Shown piece after piece: positions 62,545 to 64,000 of a stretch of DNA of 64,000 nt. Positions within the stretch are counted from its first letter, which is position 1. Each line of letters starts with the position of its first letter. The notes below the pieces were generated by a model. The model did no database searches. It worked only from the letters and a program-made list of their open reading frames with translations, and was not told the origin of the DNA. The stretch spans positions 1-64,000 of the forward strand of contig JAXMNT010000016.1 in assembly GCA_034670305.1 (NCBI GenBank), read 5' to 3'. The position numbers and the translations under genes are program-made. Origin of the DNA: Deltaproteobacteria bacterium (GTDB taxonomy: Bacteria > Myxococcota_A > Polyangia > Polyangiales > Houyiibacteriaceae).

Positions 62545-63654
62545 TCACGGCACGCAGAGCAACCCGAAGTCGACCAAGCGCTGGATCGCATCGTCGTCGA
62601 GCTCGACACCACGGGTCGCCGCCTGCTCGGGGACCGCGTCGACCGGAAGGGTGGCGAAGAGCTCGAGCACACCGAGCAGGTCGGTGGAGACCTCGATCTG
62701 GTCGTACGGGCTGTAGGTGCGGAGCACGCGCTTGCCCTCCGACATGGACACCAGCGTGAGCGGGGCTGGCTCGAGCCTATCCGGGATCTCCGCCAGGGTT
62801 GCGGCGTGGGCGCGGCGGAGGGCGTGGCGTGCGCGCTCCAAGGCGGACCCGCCGATCGCCTGCACTTCTTCCCAGCTGAGCGCCTCGACCCGCGCCGCGC
62901 ACTGCGCGAACCAGCGGTGCTCCGCGAAGCGGTGCGATCCCCACATCGCTTCGTAGCGCGCGGGATCGATGCCCTCGTCGATCGCGTGCCGGTCGACCGC
63001 TTCCCGGCCCCGGGCGTACGCGTCGATCGCTTCGATGGCGGGGTCGCCGAGGTCCGACTCCAGCACACACCACCAGGCGAGCGCGGCGTCGGCGGCGTGG
63101 ATGAAGTCGCGAAGCGCGACCCAGAACGTGCGTCCGGTCAGGCCGCGCTCGTGTTTGCAGAACCAAGTGGCGCAGGTCGCTTCCCGCGCCTCCCAGATGC
63201 TGCACCCGAGGCTCGAGTCGGCGTCGTGGTACGGGCAGCGAAGCCCCTTTGCCCGCCCGAACGTGTCCTTGCCACTCCGGAAGAGCAGCGCGTAGGCCGG
63301 CGGGGCGTCGATCCCGAGTGGGGTCACACCGACCCGTTTGTGGAGCTTGGCCTCGAGCCGCGATCTGCCGACCTGACGAGAAACGTGATGATCCCGAAAA
63401 TAGATCCCGACCCGGTGGGCCGGAAGCCTCGGGTGGTAGGTACAGCACCGAAGCACCGGGTCGAACGCCTCCGCCGCCCCTTCGGCCGTTGTCATCGGGC
63501 AATCGCTGCAGTCGGCGCGCGATTCAGGAGGGGCCTCGAGGGTCAGCGCATCCTGGAGCCAGCGGGCGTAGAGGGCGGGCAGCACCCAACCACGATAACG
63601 CGGCCCCACTCGGCTGGTCGCCCTTTGATTCGGGGATGCTAAGAGACGTGTCAT
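62545..63654 (-). CDS. Hypothetical cysteine-cluster protein (YkgJ/CxxCxxCC-like)
   Basis: CSDC, RCCTY, CPY, CSIWEAR, CATWFC. Start uncertain. Confidence 0.65.
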   Translation of the reverse strand: MTRLLASPNQRATSRVGPRYRGWVLPALYARWLQDALTLEAPPESRADCSDCPMTTAEGAAEAFDPVLRCCTYHPRLPAHRVGIYFRDHHVSRQVGRSRLEAKLHKRVGVTPLGIDAPPAYALLFRSGKDTFGRAKGLRCPYHDADSSLGCSIWEAREATCATWFCKHERGLTGRTFWVALRDFIHAADAALAWWCVLESDLGDPAIEAIDAYARGREAVDRHAIDEGIDPARYEAMWGSHRFAEHRWFAQCAARVEALSWEEVQAIGGSALERARHALRRAHAATLAEIPDRLEPAPLTLVSMSEGKRVLRTYSPYDQIEVSTDLLGVLELFATLPVDAVPEQAATRGVELDDDAIQRLVDFGLLCVP

Positions 63655-63656
63655 CC

Positions 63657-64000
63657 ATGACGACTGAATTCGCCCCCAACCTTGCCGTGTTCTGCGACTA
63701 CGAGAACGTGGCCATCGGCGTCCGCGACGCGCGCTACGACCGCTTCGACATCGACCTCGTGCTCGAGCGCATCCTCGACAAGGGCAAGGTCGTCGTGAAG
63801 AAGGCCTACGCCGACTGGGACCGCTACAAGTCGGCCAAGCGCCCGATGCACGAAGCCGCCTTCGAACTCATCGAGATCCCGCACGTGTCGTACAGCGGGA
63901 AGAACTCCGCGGACATCCGAATGGTCGTCGACGCGCTGGACCTTTGCTACACGAAGAAACACGTCGATGTGTTCGTCATCGTCAGTGGCGACAGCGACTT
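63657..64000 (+). CDS. NYN (LabA/DUF88, PIN-like) domain protein, truncated by the window edge
   Basis: My translation: LAVFCDYENV...KKAYADW...GKNSADIRMVVDALD...VIVSGDSD. Confidence 0.9.
   Translation, partial: MTTEFAPNLAVFCDYENVAIGVRDARYDRFDIDLVLERILDKGKVVVKKAYADWDRYKSAKRPMHEAAFELIEIPHVSYSGKNSADIRMVVDALDLCYTKKHVDVFVIVSGDSD

Overview
High-GC bacterial chromosome segment whose gene content points to Myxococcota, probably Polyangiales/Sandaracinaceae-like (inferred from Cys-rich/VWA lipoproteins, MJ0042 zinc-ribbon and giant TPR proteins, and a Ser/Thr kinase). It carries housekeeping genes (hslU-hslV-xerC, dprA, trmFO, thrC, citrate synthase, deoC, apbE, sppA, gap-pgk-tpiA-secG), a compact chemosensory cluster (cheW-mcp-cheR-cheA/REC, no cheB), integrin/disintegrin-like surface lipoproteins, an orphan T3SS rod-like gene and several simple repeats. 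The outstanding feature is a ~2.8 kb gene-free interval (about 10490-13300) that reads on the minus strand as one giant structured RNA. It has more than 20 short hairpins capped mostly by UUCG/GNRA/CUUG tetraloops, nested long-range helices joining its 5' and 3' parts, a boxA-like element, a sigma70-like promoter overlaid by two DnaA boxes, and an intrinsic terminator. I see no rRNA, RNase P or intron signature in it, so it is a candidate undescribed very large ncRNA. All calls were made by eye; no searches or folding programs were run.
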